DNA from: an uncultured Candidatus Rokubacteria bacterium
GTDB lineage: Bacteria; Methylomirabilota; Methylomirabilia; Rokubacteriales; DASRDR01
Length of the DNA stretch: 64,000 nucleotides
Direction: 5' to 3'
Assembly (NCBI GenBank): GCA_963708025.1
Contig: CAVPSB010000002.1
Location: forward strand, 256,001 to 320,000
Both the position numbers and the translations under genes were made by a program. Under the pieces are notes generated by a model. The model saw only the letters and a program-made list of their open reading frames with translations. It was not told where the DNA came from and ran no database searches. Of the stretch, positions 34,617 through 44,919 are shown one piece after another; the first letter of the stretch is position 1; every line of letters begins with the position of its first letter.

Positions 34617-34688
34617 TCTCGGCAGCGCCGGACCGAGACGCTGGAATCGGGCGTTGCATCGGGGCTCGGCCACCGACGCTTCGACGGG

Positions 34689-34728
34689 GAGGGGCGGTCG
34701 CGCCGCAAGTGGGACAGGAACGCCTCAC
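34689..34728. promoter_or_regulatory. Tandem activator palindromes between divergent sigma54 promoters
   Basis: GAGGGGC-GGTCGC-GCCGCAA and GTGGGAC-AGGAAC-GCCTCAC. Confidence 0.6.
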
Positions 34729-34768
34729 CGACCGGCCGTGTTGCGCTGCGGGGGAAAGACGGCTAGCG

Positions 34769-34784
34769 TGGCATGGTCGCTGCA
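34769..34784 (+). promoter_or_regulatory. Sigma54 -24/-12 promoter
   Basis: TGGCATGGTCGCTGCA. Confidence 0.7.
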
Positions 34785-34898
34785 CCCGGGGAACCAGCCG
34801 GACGCGGGCCGCCTGGCGGTTCGGCCCGAATGTGGCGCTCGGCCAGGGGGCTGGAGCACCGGCCGGTGTACCGACTCTCGCCGGAAAGAGGGGCGCTC

Positions 34899-36113
34899 AT
34901 GAGACTGCATCGACTGGCCGCCTGGGCGTTCGGGCTGGCCCTGGTCGTTCACGCGACGCCGGCCGCCGTGGGCCAGGAGCGACCGCCGCAGCCGTTCGCC
35001 CCCACGTGGGCCAACCTGGCCGGCGCCACCGTCTTCGCCAGCAAGGGGTGCGGGCGGTGCCACGCCATCCGGGGATTCGGGGCGACCGCCGGGCCCGACC
35101 TCAGCCGGATCGAGCAGAAGAGCTTCTTCGACCTGGGCGCCGCGCTCTCGAACCACCTCCGCGGTGTCGCCATCCAGCGCCCCACCTTGACCGCCGAGCA
35201 GGTCACCAGCCTGATCGCGTTCCTGTTCACCCTCCAGTACGCGGACCAGCCGGGCGACCCCCAGGCCGGAGAGCAGCTCTTCACCGCAAAGGGCTGCGTC
35301 CAGTGTCACGAGGTCGGGGGCAAGGGCGGCCGGCTGGGTCCGAGCCTGGACTTCCTCAAGCGCGCCAACTCGCCGGTTCTGATCGCGGCCGCCCTGTGGA
35401 ACCACGGCCCCGAGATGGTGGAGACGCTGAAGGCCGTCGGGATCGAGCGCCCGACCTTCGCCGGCCGGGAGCTGGCCGACATCATCGCCTTCGTCCAGAG
35501 CTCGCCCCGGGAGCCCGGCGCCGAGACGGCCCGGGTCGTGGCTGGAACCCCAGAGCGTGGTGAGAAGCTCGTCGCCGAGAAGCGTTGCCTGGCCTGCCAC
35601 TCCATCGCGGGCAAGGGCGGCAAGGTCGGTCCCGAGCTGGGCCGGCGCCAGCACGTCAGCCTCACGCAGTTCGCGGCGCTGATGTGGAACCACGCCCCGG
35701 GAATGTGGGCCCAGATGGCGGCGCGCGGGGTCCAGGTGCCCCGCATGACCGGTCAGGAGATGGCGGACATCGTGGCCTACCTGTACGCGTCCCATTACTT
35801 CGACCAGCCGGGCGATGCCGGCCGCGGGCAGCAGCTGCTCCAGGTCAAGGGTTGCGCGAGCTGCCACGCGATCCGGGGCACCGGGCCGAAGGTCGGGGCG
35901 GATCTGGCCTCCTATTCCGCGCTCCGCTCCACGGCCGGCCTGGTCGCCGCGCTGTGGAATCACCCGCGGTACCTCGCGGCGCAGCAGCGGGAGGTTCCCT
36001 GGCCGCTGTTGACCGGGCAGGAGCTGTCCGACGTCGCCGCCTACGTGAGCGGACTGCCGAAGGGAGCGACGCCCGGGCCGAAGGGCGCGACTCCCCGGCC
36101 GAAGGGCCCGTAG
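34899..36113 (+). CDS. Periplasmic tetraheme cytochrome c made of four repeated class-I domains
   Basis: Signal peptide; CGRCH, CVQCH, CLACH, CASCH each followed by a (W/S)NH motif. Confidence 0.9.
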   Translation: MRLHRLAAWAFGLALVVHATPAAVGQERPPQPFAPTWANLAGATVFASKGCGRCHAIRGFGATAGPDLSRIEQKSFFDLGAALSNHLRGVAIQRPTLTAEQVTSLIAFLFTLQYADQPGDPQAGEQLFTAKGCVQCHEVGGKGGRLGPSLDFLKRANSPVLIAAALWNHGPEMVETLKAVGIERPTFAGRELADIIAFVQSSPREPGAETARVVAGTPERGEKLVAEKRCLACHSIAGKGGKVGPELGRRQHVSLTQFAALMWNHAPGMWAQMAARGVQVPRMTGQEMADIVAYLYASHYFDQPGDAGRGQQLLQVKGCASCHAIRGTGPKVGADLASYSALRSTAGLVAALWNHPRYLAAQQREVPWPLLTGQELSDVAAYVSGLPKGATPGPKGATPRPKGP

Positions 36114-36236
36114 TCCCGGCGCCGTGCCGGGTGGGGCGCCGCCACCCCACCCGGCTTGGCCGCGTGCCGCCTCGCGCGCGCGCTTCCCGGAGCATTTCCC
36201 CCGTGATTGCTGCCGGTTGCTCCGCTCGGCCACCGG

Positions 36237-36252
36237 TGGCACGACCGTTGCT
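36237..36252 (+). promoter_or_regulatory. Sigma54 -24/-12 promoter of the cytochrome operon
   Basis: TGGCACGACCGTTGCT (consensus); palindrome GTGGGGC-GCCGCC-ACCCCAC at 36131-36150. Confidence 0.88.
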
Positions 36253-36297
36253 GACCTGCACCTCCGACGCTGGATCGACGCCAACGGAGGGGACTTG

Positions 36298-36762
36298 ATG
36301 AGCCGTCAGCGGAACGTGTCGCGCAGTTCGAGGGCCTGGACGTTCTGGTCGCTCGCGGCCCTCACCGCGTTCCTCGCGCTGGGGGCCGGGCTCCTGTGGA
36401 TCCGGACGCCCGAGCCGGCGCCCACCGCCGCCGGGGGCCCGACCGTCTCCGCCGGCGGCCCCGGGAATGCGGTCGCGCGTCGCGAGACGCGACCGACGCT
36501 CGACCCGGCCCGCTTCGTCGGGAAGGCCGCCCGCGCCCACCAGGTGGCGCGGGAGATTCCCGACGTGCTGGACCGGCTCTACTGCTACTGCGAGTGCGAC
36601 CGGAACCTCGGTCACCGGAGCCTGCTCTCCTGCTACACCGACGGCCATGCCGCCACCTGAGGCATCTGCATGGACGAGGCGCTGGATGCGTCTCGCATGG
36701 TGAAGGCGGGGTACCCGGTGGAGCGGATCCGTTCCGAGATCGACCGGACGTACGGCCGATGA
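36298..36762 (+). CDS. CYCXC/PCYCGC-motif selenoprotein (Sec at TGA 36658-36660)
   Basis: LYCYCECD..GHRSLLSCY.DGHAAT-TGA-GICMDEA; frame stays open to TGA 36760-36762, which overlaps the next ATG; hairpin at 36675-36695. Confidence 0.85.
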
Positions 36763-38705
36763 TCGCCCGGGCGCTCGGACTGGCCCTGGCCGTCCTGGTC
36801 CTCCCCGTCGCGGCCGCCGCCCACGGCGACGAGCACCGCGAGGCGACGCCCGCCGGGAGCACGGGGGGCGTGGTGGTCCAGGGCTACCGCATCGAGCTCC
36901 AGAGCCACGGCGGCCTCGCCGCCGGGCAGGCCGCGCACCTGATCGCCCGGATCTCACGCGAGGCGCCGCCCGCTCCGGTGTCCGGCGGGCGCGTGCTCGT
37001 CGGCCTGGCCGCGGCCGGAGCGATTCCGGATCCGGCGCCGGCCCCTGAGGCGACGTGGGCCGGGAGCTACGCCGTCCCGGTGACGCCGAGCCGGCGGGGC
37101 GTCTATCAGGCGCGGGTCGTCGTGGAGGAGCTGGACGGCCGGCACCTGCACCCGCCGATCGTCGTTGACTTCCCGCTGACCGTGGAGCCGGCGCCGGGAC
37201 TCGGCGCCGGCGTCTGGGCGCTGCTGGCGTTCGTCGCCGGCCTCGGGCTCCTCGGCGTGTACGGGGTCGCGCTGCGGGCGAAGCTGGCTCGACCGGGAGC
37301 CGCCCTGAACCTCCTCGAGGTCGGCTGGATTCGCCGGCTCCTGACCGCTCGCGCCCTGCAGCCGGCGCTGCAGGTCCCGTTGCTCGCCCTGATGGGCGTC
37401 GTGGTCTTCGTCGGCCTCACCGACGTCCAGGACGGCGGACGGAACCTGGCGACCAAGCTGACGTGGACCATCTGGTGGGCCGGGATCATCTTCACGTTCT
37501 TCCTGGCCGGGCGGGTCTGGTGTCTCGCCTGCCCGTTCGGCGCCCTCAACGAGTGGACCTCGCGGCTGGTCCGGCCGCTCCGGCGACTGCCGGCCGCGTT
37601 CCGCAACATCTGGTGGGCGACGGCCGCGTTCGTCCTCCTGACCTGGGCCGACGAGCAGCTCGGGGTCGTGCGGTCACCCCAGGTCACGGCCGGGATCGTC
37701 CTCTTCTTCGCCGCGCTCGCCGTCGCAATCGGCCTCTTCTACGAGCGACGGAGCTTCTGCCGGCACCTCTGTCCGATCGGCGGCCTCATCGGCGTCTACT
37801 CGATGACCGCTCCGGTCGAGCTGCGTGCCAGGGACGGCGCGGTGTGCGCGGCGGACCACGACAAGGCCTGCTATCGAGGCGGCGAGACGGCGCGCGGGTG
37901 CCCGATGTTCGAGTTCCCCGGGAGCATGGACCGGAACAACTACTGCACGCTGTGCGCCGAGTGCGTCAGCGGGTGCGCCCGCCACAACCTGGTGCTCCGG
38001 CTGCGCGCCTTCGGCCAGGACCTCTGGGCGACGCGGCGGCGGCTGCTCGACGAGTCGTACCTCGCGGTGGTGCTCGTCGGCCTCACGCTCCTGGTGACCG
38101 CCCAGATGCTCACCGCGTGGCCGGGCTGGATCTCCGCCCTCGCCGGTGGCCTGCCCGGCTGGGTTCGGGCGTCCCTCAAGCCGGTGACGTATCTCGGGCT
38201 GGTCGAGTCCGCCGTCCTCCTCGGGGGGAGCCTGGTCGTCGTCCCGGCGCTGGTGCTGGGGGGCGCCGCCGTCGCCGATCGGCTCGCCGGCGAGCGGCGG
38301 CTCGGCTTGCGGCGGACGTTCGTCGCCTTCGGCTACATGTTCGTCCCGGTCGGCCTCGCCATGCACCTCGCCCACAACCTCGCGCACCTGCTCCTCGAGG
38401 GCGGCGGCATCGTGCCGGTCGTCCAGCGGGTGGTCGCCCGGTACACGCCGTTCTCGCTCGGCGTGCCCGACTGGGATGTCACGCCGCTGGCGCCCGAGCC
38501 GGTGGTCGCCCTGCTCCAGGTGGCCTTCCTGGTCGGCTTCTTCGTCCTCTCGCTCCAGGCGGGGCACCGCCTGTCGCTCCGCCTCTACCCCGACGCGCGG
38601 GTGGCGAGCCGCGCGTGGATCCCGATGGCCGGGTTGGCCCTGCTCTTCACCCTGGCCGGCATCCTCCTGCTGATGCAGCCCATGGGGATGCGTCACGCGA
38701 TGTAG
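36759..38705 (+). CDS. Membrane polyferredoxin (NapH/RdxA/NosR C-terminal-like) with N-terminal periplasmic domain
   Basis: GRVWCLACPFG, RSFCRHLCPIG, CPMF, CTLCAECVSGC; many TM helices. Confidence 0.85.
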   Translation: MIARALGLALAVLVLPVAAAAHGDEHREATPAGSTGGVVVQGYRIELQSHGGLAAGQAAHLIARISREAPPAPVSGGRVLVGLAAAGAIPDPAPAPEATWAGSYAVPVTPSRRGVYQARVVVEELDGRHLHPPIVVDFPLTVEPAPGLGAGVWALLAFVAGLGLLGVYGVALRAKLARPGAALNLLEVGWIRRLLTARALQPALQVPLLALMGVVVFVGLTDVQDGGRNLATKLTWTIWWAGIIFTFFLAGRVWCLACPFGALNEWTSRLVRPLRRLPAAFRNIWWATAAFVLLTWADEQLGVVRSPQVTAGIVLFFAALAVAIGLFYERRSFCRHLCPIGGLIGVYSMTAPVELRARDGAVCAADHDKACYRGGETARGCPMFEFPGSMDRNNYCTLCAECVSGCARHNLVLRLRAFGQDLWATRRRLLDESYLAVVLVGLTLLVTAQMLTAWPGWISALAGGLPGWVRASLKPVTYLGLVESAVLLGGSLVVVPALVLGGAAVADRLAGERRLGLRRTFVAFGYMFVPVGLAMHLAHNLAHLLLEGGGIVPVVQRVVARYTPFSLGVPDWDVTPLAPEPVVALLQVAFLVGFFVLSLQAGHRLSLRLYPDARVASRAWIPMAGLALLFTLAGILLLMQPMGMRHAM

Positions 38706-38732
38706 GCCGGACCGCAGAAAGGGAGACAGTCA

Positions 38733-39765
38733 GTGAAAAGCTGGAAATGGACGATCCCCACCCTGGTGCTCACCGCGGGCATCGGCCTCGGCGTCCTCGT
38801 CGGGCAGCCCGAGGCGCAGCAGAAGAACCTCCTCGTCTCGAAGAAGGTGGCCGCCGGGCCGACCCTCGACGGGACCATGAAGGACGCCTGGAAGGACGCC
38901 GCGCCCCTCACGGTCAAGGCCCTCGGCGGGAAGAACCTGCCCGGCGGCACGACCGAGATCACGATCCGCTCGGTGTACACCGAGGAGACCGTGTACTTCC
39001 TCGTCCAGTACAAGGACCCGACCGAGAGCGTCCAGCGCGAGCCGTGGCAGAAGCAGGCCGACGGCTCCTGGAAGCAGCTGAAGGACCCCGACGACAAGGG
39101 CGGGGACAACAACAAGTACTACGAGGACAAGCTGGCGATCCTCTGGAACATCAGCTCGCCGGCCTTCGAGCAGAAGGGCTGCCTGTCCGCCTGCCACACC
39201 GGCGAGGGCAAGCCGTACGGCAACAAGTACACCGCCGGCGCGGGCGAGCGGCTCGACATGTGGCACTGGAAGGGCGTGCGCACCGGCACCATCGGGCAGG
39301 TCGACGACCAGTACGTGGACAACACGAAGTACGACAAGGACAAGGCGCCCGAGGCCGGCCGCAAGAGCGACCCCAAGCACCGGCGGCGGCTACAAGAACA
39401 ACGTCAGCGACGACAAGAAGGGCCCGAAGTTCGCGCTGAAGCCGGCAACAAGCCGGCGCCGCCCTACTGGATCGTCGACGCCGAGAAGGAGCCGTTCGAC
39501 GACTCGCAAGTACAAGGCGGGCGACGAGGTGCCCGGGCATCGATCGTGGCGCCCTTCACCGGCGACCGCGGCGACATCGCGGCGAAGTCCACCTGGAAGG
39601 ACGGGGTCCGGACGGTCGAGATGGCGCGGAAGCTCGTCACCAACAGCGAGTTCGACGTGCAGTTCAACGACGAAGAAGGAGTACGCCTTCGGCGTCGCGG
39701 TCTTCGACAACGCCCAGGTGCGCCACGCCTACACCCCGGGCGTCCTGAAGATGGTCCTGGAATAG
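38733..39765 (+). CDS. Ethylbenzene-dehydrogenase-gamma-like (DOMON heme) periplasmic protein; several frameshifts after about 39375
   Basis: YFLVQYKDPT, YYEDKLAILW, CLSACH, DMWHWK, WKDG..TVEMARKL, FGVAVFDNAQVRH. Confidence 0.8.
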
Positions 39766-39820
39766 CACGGTCGGGCGCCGGCCCGGGGGAGTTCGCCTCC
39801 GGGCCGGCCGGAGGTCTGGC

Positions 39821-40189
39821 ATGACTCGATGGCTCGGTGTCGCGGCAGTCGTCGCCCTGCTGGTTGGCGGGCTCGTCTCCCAGGAGGTGGTTGCCCAGCC
39901 GAAGGGTGATCCGGCCAAGGGCGAGGCCCTGTACAAGGCCCGGTGCGTCACCTGTCACGGCGCGGCCGGCGCCGGCGACGGCCCGGCCGGGAAGGTGCTC
40001 AAGGACAAGCCCAAGGACTGGACCAAGGGCGAGGGCCTCAAGGATCTCTCGGACCAGCAGCTCTTCGACGCCATCAAGAAGGGCGGCAAGGCGATCGGCA
40101 AGTCGCCGGCGATGATCGCGTTCCCCAGTCTCTCCGACGCCGAGATCCAGAACGTGATCGCCTACGTCAAGACCCTGACCAAGTCGTGA
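39821..40189 (+). CDS. Monoheme cytochrome c
   Basis: Signal peptide, CVTCHG, GKSPAM. Confidence 0.92.
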   Translation: MTRWLGVAAVVALLVGGLVSQEVVAQPKGDPAKGEALYKARCVTCHGAAGAGDGPAGKVLKDKPKDWTKGEGLKDLSDQQLFDAIKKGGKAIGKSPAMIAFPSLSDAEIQNVIAYVKTLTKS

Positions 40190-40199
40190 CGCGACCGGC

Positions 40200-41384
40200 A
40201 TGACCCGGCATCCGGCGACCGCCCTGGTCGCGGCACTCCTGCTGGCGGGGGCGGCGGCCACCGCCGCCGCCCAGCCGCTGTTCGGCCCGGCCCAGGACCC
40301 GGTCGCCGGCTCCCGGGTCTTCGGCGACAAGGGCTGCGTCAAGTGCCACGCGGTGAACGGGGTGGGCGGGAAGGTCGGCCCCGACCTGGGGCGGCCGCCG
40401 CGTCCGCGCTCGTTCTTCGACCTCGCGGCCGGCATGTGGAATCACCTCCCCCGGATGACGGAGCGCATGCGGGCGCTCGGCGTCGCGCGCCCGCGGCTCG
40501 ACCCGCGCGAGGCCGGGGACCTCATCGCCTTCCTCTTCACCCTCGACTACTTCGACCCGCCCGGCAACCCGCAGGTGGGTCGCCGCCTCTTCCAGCAGAA
40601 GAAGTGCGTCGTCTGTCACCAGGTGGGCGACGTCGGCGGCGTGGTCGGGCCGAGCCTCGACCACCTCAAGCAATACGGCTCGCCGATCTTCGTGGCCGCC
40701 GCCATGTGGAACCACGGGCCGGCGATGACGGAGACGATGCGGGCCCGGGGGATCGAGCGGCCCGTCTTCAAGGACGCCGAGCTGATCGACCTGATCGCCT
40801 ACATCAAGTCGGCCTCGCCGCTCCCGGTGGCGGGCCCGCTGTACGTCCTGCCGGGCCGCGCCGCCGAGGGCCACCGGCTCTTCGTCGAGAAGCGCTGCAG
40901 CGACTGCCACGGGGTCGCCGGGAAGGGCGGCGGGGTCGGCCCCGACCTGGCCGAGCGCGGCGTGCACCGGAGCCTGACCCAGTTCGCGGCCGGGATGTGG
41001 GACAAGGCGCCGGCCATGCTGGCCGCGATGACGGCCCGGGGCATCCCGGTGCCGCAGCTCCGGGCCGAGGAGATGGCCGACATCGTCGCCTACCTCTACG
41101 CCGTGCAGTACTTCGCCGTGCCCGGGGACCGGCAGCGGGGGGCGAGGGTGGCGAAGGACAAGGGCTGCCTCGGCTGCCACACCGTGCTGGCCCGGGACGG
41201 GACGGCGCCGGCGGAGCTGAGCCGGGTCGCCGGCCTGGAGTCCCCGGCGGGGGTCATCGGGGCGCTGTGGAACCATTCGTTCCTCGCCGAGCCCGCGGCC
41301 CGCAAGCGTGGCTGGTCCGCGCTCCGTCCCGACGAGATGGCCGACCTGCTGGCCTTTCTGCGGTCGCTCCGGCCTTCGCCATGA
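40200..41384 (+). CDS. Tetraheme repeat-domain cytochrome c (paralog of 34899)
   Basis: CVKCH, CVVCH, CSDCH, CLGCH; MWNH motifs. Confidence 0.9.
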   Translation: MTRHPATALVAALLLAGAAATAAAQPLFGPAQDPVAGSRVFGDKGCVKCHAVNGVGGKVGPDLGRPPRPRSFFDLAAGMWNHLPRMTERMRALGVARPRLDPREAGDLIAFLFTLDYFDPPGNPQVGRRLFQQKKCVVCHQVGDVGGVVGPSLDHLKQYGSPIFVAAAMWNHGPAMTETMRARGIERPVFKDAELIDLIAYIKSASPLPVAGPLYVLPGRAAEGHRLFVEKRCSDCHGVAGKGGGVGPDLAERGVHRSLTQFAAGMWDKAPAMLAAMTARGIPVPQLRAEEMADIVAYLYAVQYFAVPGDRQRGARVAKDKGCLGCHTVLARDGTAPAELSRVAGLESPAGVIGALWNHSFLAEPAARKRGWSALRPDEMADLLAFLRSLRPSP

Positions 41385-42688
41385 GGCGGCCCCGCTGGCT
41401 CGCCGCCCTGAGCGGGCTCCTGTCGGCGCTGGCCCTGTCGGTCGCGGCGCCCGCGGCCGCCGCGCCGCCGGCCGAGACGTGCCCCGCCTGTCACCTGGCG
41501 ATCGGCGACGAGCGGCTGACGGCTCCGGTCAAGGCCTTCGCCGAGGACATCCATGCCGCGAAGGGGTTCGGCTGCGTCGCCTGCCACGGGGGCGACGGCA
41601 AGGACCCGGGCATGGAGGCGATGGATCGGGCGAAGGGGTACATCGGCAAGCCGGATCGCCGGCAGATCGTCCAGGTCTGCGGCCGGTGTCACGCCGATGC
41701 CCGGTTCATGAAGCAATACAACCCGGCGCTCCGCGTGGACCAGGTGGCCGAGTATGCGACCTCCGTCCACGGGCGCCGGCTGCGGGAGCTCGGTGATCCC
41801 AGGGTCGCGGTCTGCACGAGCTGCCACCCGGCCCACTCGATCCGGCCCCCGTCGGACCCGAAGTCGAGCGTTCATCCGGTCCAGGTCGCGGAGACGTGCG
41901 GGCGCTGTCACGCGGACCCGAAGCACATGGCCGGCTACAAGATCCCGACCGACCAGGTCCAGAAGTACAAGGCGAGCGTCCACTGGGCGGCGATGTCGGT
42001 GAAGGGCGACCTCTCGGCGCCGACGTGCAACGACTGTCACGGGAACCACGGGGCGGCGCCCCCGGGGATGTCGTGGGTGGGCAACGTCTGCGGCCAGTGC
42101 CACACCGTGATGGCGGACCTGTACGCCCGGAGCGCCCACGCGACGGTCTTCGCCCAGATGGGGGTCCCCGGCTGCGCGACCTGCCACGAGAACCACGCGA
42201 TCGAGGCGGCCAGCGACGAGCGGCTGGGGACCGGGGACAAGGCGGTCTGCGCCGGCTGTCACACCGCCGAGGACCCCGGCGGGAAGGCGGCGACCGAGAT
42301 GCGCCGGCAGATCGACTCGCTCGCCGGCGAGCACGAGCGGGCCCGCGCGATCCTGGCGAAGGCGGAGCAGTCCGGCATGGAGGTGAGCCAGGCGCAGTTC
42401 GACCTCAACGGCGCCAAGGACGCGCTGGTCAAGGCCCGGGCCGCCGTGCACGCGTTCAGGCCGGAGGCGGTGACGCGGGAGACGGAGCCCGGGCTGGCGA
42501 TCGGCAGCAAGGCGTATGCGCGCGGCGTTCGGGCCCTCGAGGAGCTCGCCTTCCGCCGGAAGGGACTGGCGGTCTCGGTCGTGATCATCCTGGCCCTGAT
42601 CGGGGGCCTCGTGCTGAAGATCCGGCAGCTCGAGCGCGGCCGGCCGGAGCCCGGCTCCGGGGGAGGGGAGCGGCCCGATGTGTTGTGA
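41381..42688 (+). CDS. Nonaheme cytochrome c with C-terminal membrane anchor
   Basis: Nine CxxCH, signal peptide, C-terminal TM LAVSVVIILALIGGLVL. Confidence 0.92.
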   Translation: MRRPRWLAALSGLLSALALSVAAPAAAAPPAETCPACHLAIGDERLTAPVKAFAEDIHAAKGFGCVACHGGDGKDPGMEAMDRAKGYIGKPDRRQIVQVCGRCHADARFMKQYNPALRVDQVAEYATSVHGRRLRELGDPRVAVCTSCHPAHSIRPPSDPKSSVHPVQVAETCGRCHADPKHMAGYKIPTDQVQKYKASVHWAAMSVKGDLSAPTCNDCHGNHGAAPPGMSWVGNVCGQCHTVMADLYARSAHATVFAQMGVPGCATCHENHAIEAASDERLGTGDKAVCAGCHTAEDPGGKAATEMRRQIDSLAGEHERARAILAKAEQSGMEVSQAQFDLNGAKDALVKARAAVHAFRPEAVTRETEPGLAIGSKAYARGVRALEELAFRRKGLAVSVVIILALIGGLVLKIRQLERGRPEPGSGGGERPDVL

Positions 42689-43136
42689 CCCGACGGTCGC
42701 GGTCGAGCCGAGCCGGCGGAGCTTCGTCAACTGGTTCCTCGGCACCAGCGCGGGGGCCTTCCTGCTGGCGGTCGCCTATCCCCTGACCCGGTACCTGGTC
42801 CCGCCCCAGGTCGCGGAGTCCACGGCCGGCAGCGTGACCCTCGCGATCGAGGCCGACCAGGTGAAGCCGAACACCGGGCAGATCTTCAAGTTCGGCAGCC
42901 GGCCGGCCATTCTCGTCCGGACGCCGGCCGGGGAGCTGCGGGCCTTCTCGGCCGTGTGCACGCATCTGAACTGCACCGTCCAGTACCGGCCGGACCTCAG
43001 CCACATCTGGTGCGCCTGCCACAACGGCCACTTCGACCTGAGCGGCCGGAACATCGCGGGCCCGCCCCCGCGACCGCTCGACGCGCTGGTCGTCAACGCG
43101 CGGGGCAAGCAGATCGTGGTGAGCAAGGGCGCCTGA
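42678..43136 (+). CDS. Rieske 2Fe-2S subunit of a bc-type complex
   Basis: Tat motif RRSF, CTHLNC, CACHNG, GPPPRPL. Confidence 0.95.
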   Translation: MCCDPTVAVEPSRRSFVNWFLGTSAGAFLLAVAYPLTRYLVPPQVAESTAGSVTLAIEADQVKPNTGQIFKFGSRPAILVRTPAGELRAFSAVCTHLNCTVQYRPDLSHIWCACHNGHFDLSGRNIAGPPPRPLDALVVNARGKQIVVSKGA

Positions 43137-43141
43137 GCCCC

Positions 43142-44245
43142 ATGAGCGCCGGCGTGGTTGGAGCGAAGCACGGCCGCCTCTGGCGCTGGCTCGACGAGCG
43201 CGTCGGGCTGGCCGAGATGGAGAAGCTCGCCCGGAAGAAGCAGGTCCCGGTTCACCGGCACACCATCTGGTACTACTTCGGCGGGATGACCCTCTTCCTG
43301 TTCCTGGTCCAGGTGACGACCGGCATCCTGCTCCTCCTCTACTACCGGCCCAGCGCCGAGGAGGCATACGAGTCGGTGCAGTTCCTGATGACGGAGGTGC
43401 AGTTCGGCTGGCTCGTCCGGTCCATCCACGCGTGGGCGGCAAACCTCATGGTCCTCACCCTCTTCGTCCATCTCTTCAGCGTGCTGCTGCTGGCCGTGTA
43501 CCGCCGGCCCCGCGAGCTCACGTGGGCCTCGGGCGTCGGCCTGATGGGCCTCGCCCTCGGCTTCGGGTTCACGGGATACCTCCTCCCGTGGAACGAGCTG
43601 TCGTACTTCGCGACCAAGGTGGGCACGGAGATCACGGGCGCCGTCCCCCTGGTGGGGGGGTTCCTCCGACGCCTGCTGCGGGGCGGGGACGAGGTGACCG
43701 GCGCCACCCTGACGCGATTCTACGGGATCCACGTCGCCGTCCTTCCGGCGCTGACCACACTGCTCCTCGGCCTCCACCTCTTCCTGGTCCAGAAGCACGG
43801 GATGAGCGTCCCACCCGGCGTGGCGCGGCGGGGCGGGGCCGGGCGGAGCATGCCGTTCTTCCCCAACTTCCTGCTGCGGGACCTCGTGGGCTGGCTCTCG
43901 GCCCTGGCGGTCCTGGCCGCCCTGGCGGCGTACCTCCCGGCCGAGCTGGGCCGGAAGGCCGATCCGTTCGCCGCGGCCCCGGCGGGCATCAAGCCGGAGT
44001 GGTACTTCATGTTCATGTTCCAGACGCTGAAGTACCTCCCGAGCTACATCCTCGGCGTCGAGGGCGAGATCGTCGGGGTCGTCGGCTTCGGCCTCGGGGG
44101 CCTCTTCCTCCTGCTGGTGCCGTTCCTGGATCGACGGGCCGGGCGCGGCGAGCCCAATCGGCTGTTCATCGCGATCGGCCTCGCGATCATCGCCTACATG
44201 CTCGTGCTGACCTACCTCGGCTACGTGGCGAGCCCGACGAAGTGA
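43142..44245 (+). CDS. Cytochrome b of a bc-type complex (N and C parts fused)
   Basis: [40 protein letters not shown]. Confidence 0.95.
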   Translation: MSAGVVGAKHGRLWRWLDERVGLAEMEKLARKKQVPVHRHTIWYYFGGMTLFLFLVQVTTGILLLLYYRPSAEEAYESVQFLMTEVQFGWLVRSIHAWAANLMVLTLFVHLFSVLLLAVYRRPRELTWASGVGLMGLALGFGFTGYLLPWNELSYFATKVGTEITGAVPLVGGFLRRLLRGGDEVTGATLTRFYGIHVAVLPALTTLLLGLHLFLVQKHGMSVPPGVARRGGAGRSMPFFPNFLLRDLVGWLSALAVLAALAAYLPAELGRKADPFAAAPAGIKPEWYFMFMFQTLKYLPSYILGVEGEIVGVVGFGLGGLFLLLVPFLDRRAGRGEPNRLFIAIGLAIIAYMLVLTYLGYVASPTK

Positions 44246-44917
44246 CCACGCGAGGACCGCTCGGCGCGCTCCTGCTGGGCGCGACCCTGGGCGCCGCCGT
44301 GCTCGCCGCCGCCGCCCGGGCCGCCGAGCCGCCGGGGGACGCCGGGCGCGGGGCCGCGGTCTTCACGGCGAAGGGCTGCGGGCGCTGCCATCTCCCGAGC
44401 GACCGGGGGCCGGGATGGGGCCGGCCCTCGGCGAGGTCCGGCGACCCCAGGGGATGCTGGAGCTGACCGGCCGGCTGTGGAATCACGCGCCGGCCATGTT
44501 CGCGGCGTTCGAGACAGCAGGGGCTCCCGTGGCCCGGGATGACGCGCGAGGAGATGGCCGACCTGGCCGCCTACCTCCAGGCCGATCCGACCCGCGATCC
44601 CAGGCCGGATCTCTTCCAGGGCCGCGTCACGCTGGTCCGCAAGGGCTGTCTCAAGTGTCACACCCTCCGGGGGGAGGGCGGCTCGGCGGCGATCGAGCTG
44701 TCGACGTATCATGGGCGCTACGAGTCGCCCGTGACCTGGGCCACGACCGTCTGGAACCACGCCCCCCGCATGGCGGCCGTCGCCTCCCGGCTCGAGCGTG
44801 CTCTATCCGCGCTTCTCCGGAGACGAGATGGCGCACCTCTTCCGCTTCCTGCAGAGCGCCGCCGCCACGGCGGGGGCGGATCGGGGGGGTCTTCCGCGAC
44901 CCCCCCGAGGGATCTAG
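44242..44917 (+). CDS. Diheme repeat-domain cytochrome c (about three frameshifts)
   Basis: KGCGRCH...LWNHAPAM and KGCLKCH...VWNHAPRM spread over successive frames. Confidence 0.75.
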
Positions 44918-44919
44918 AC

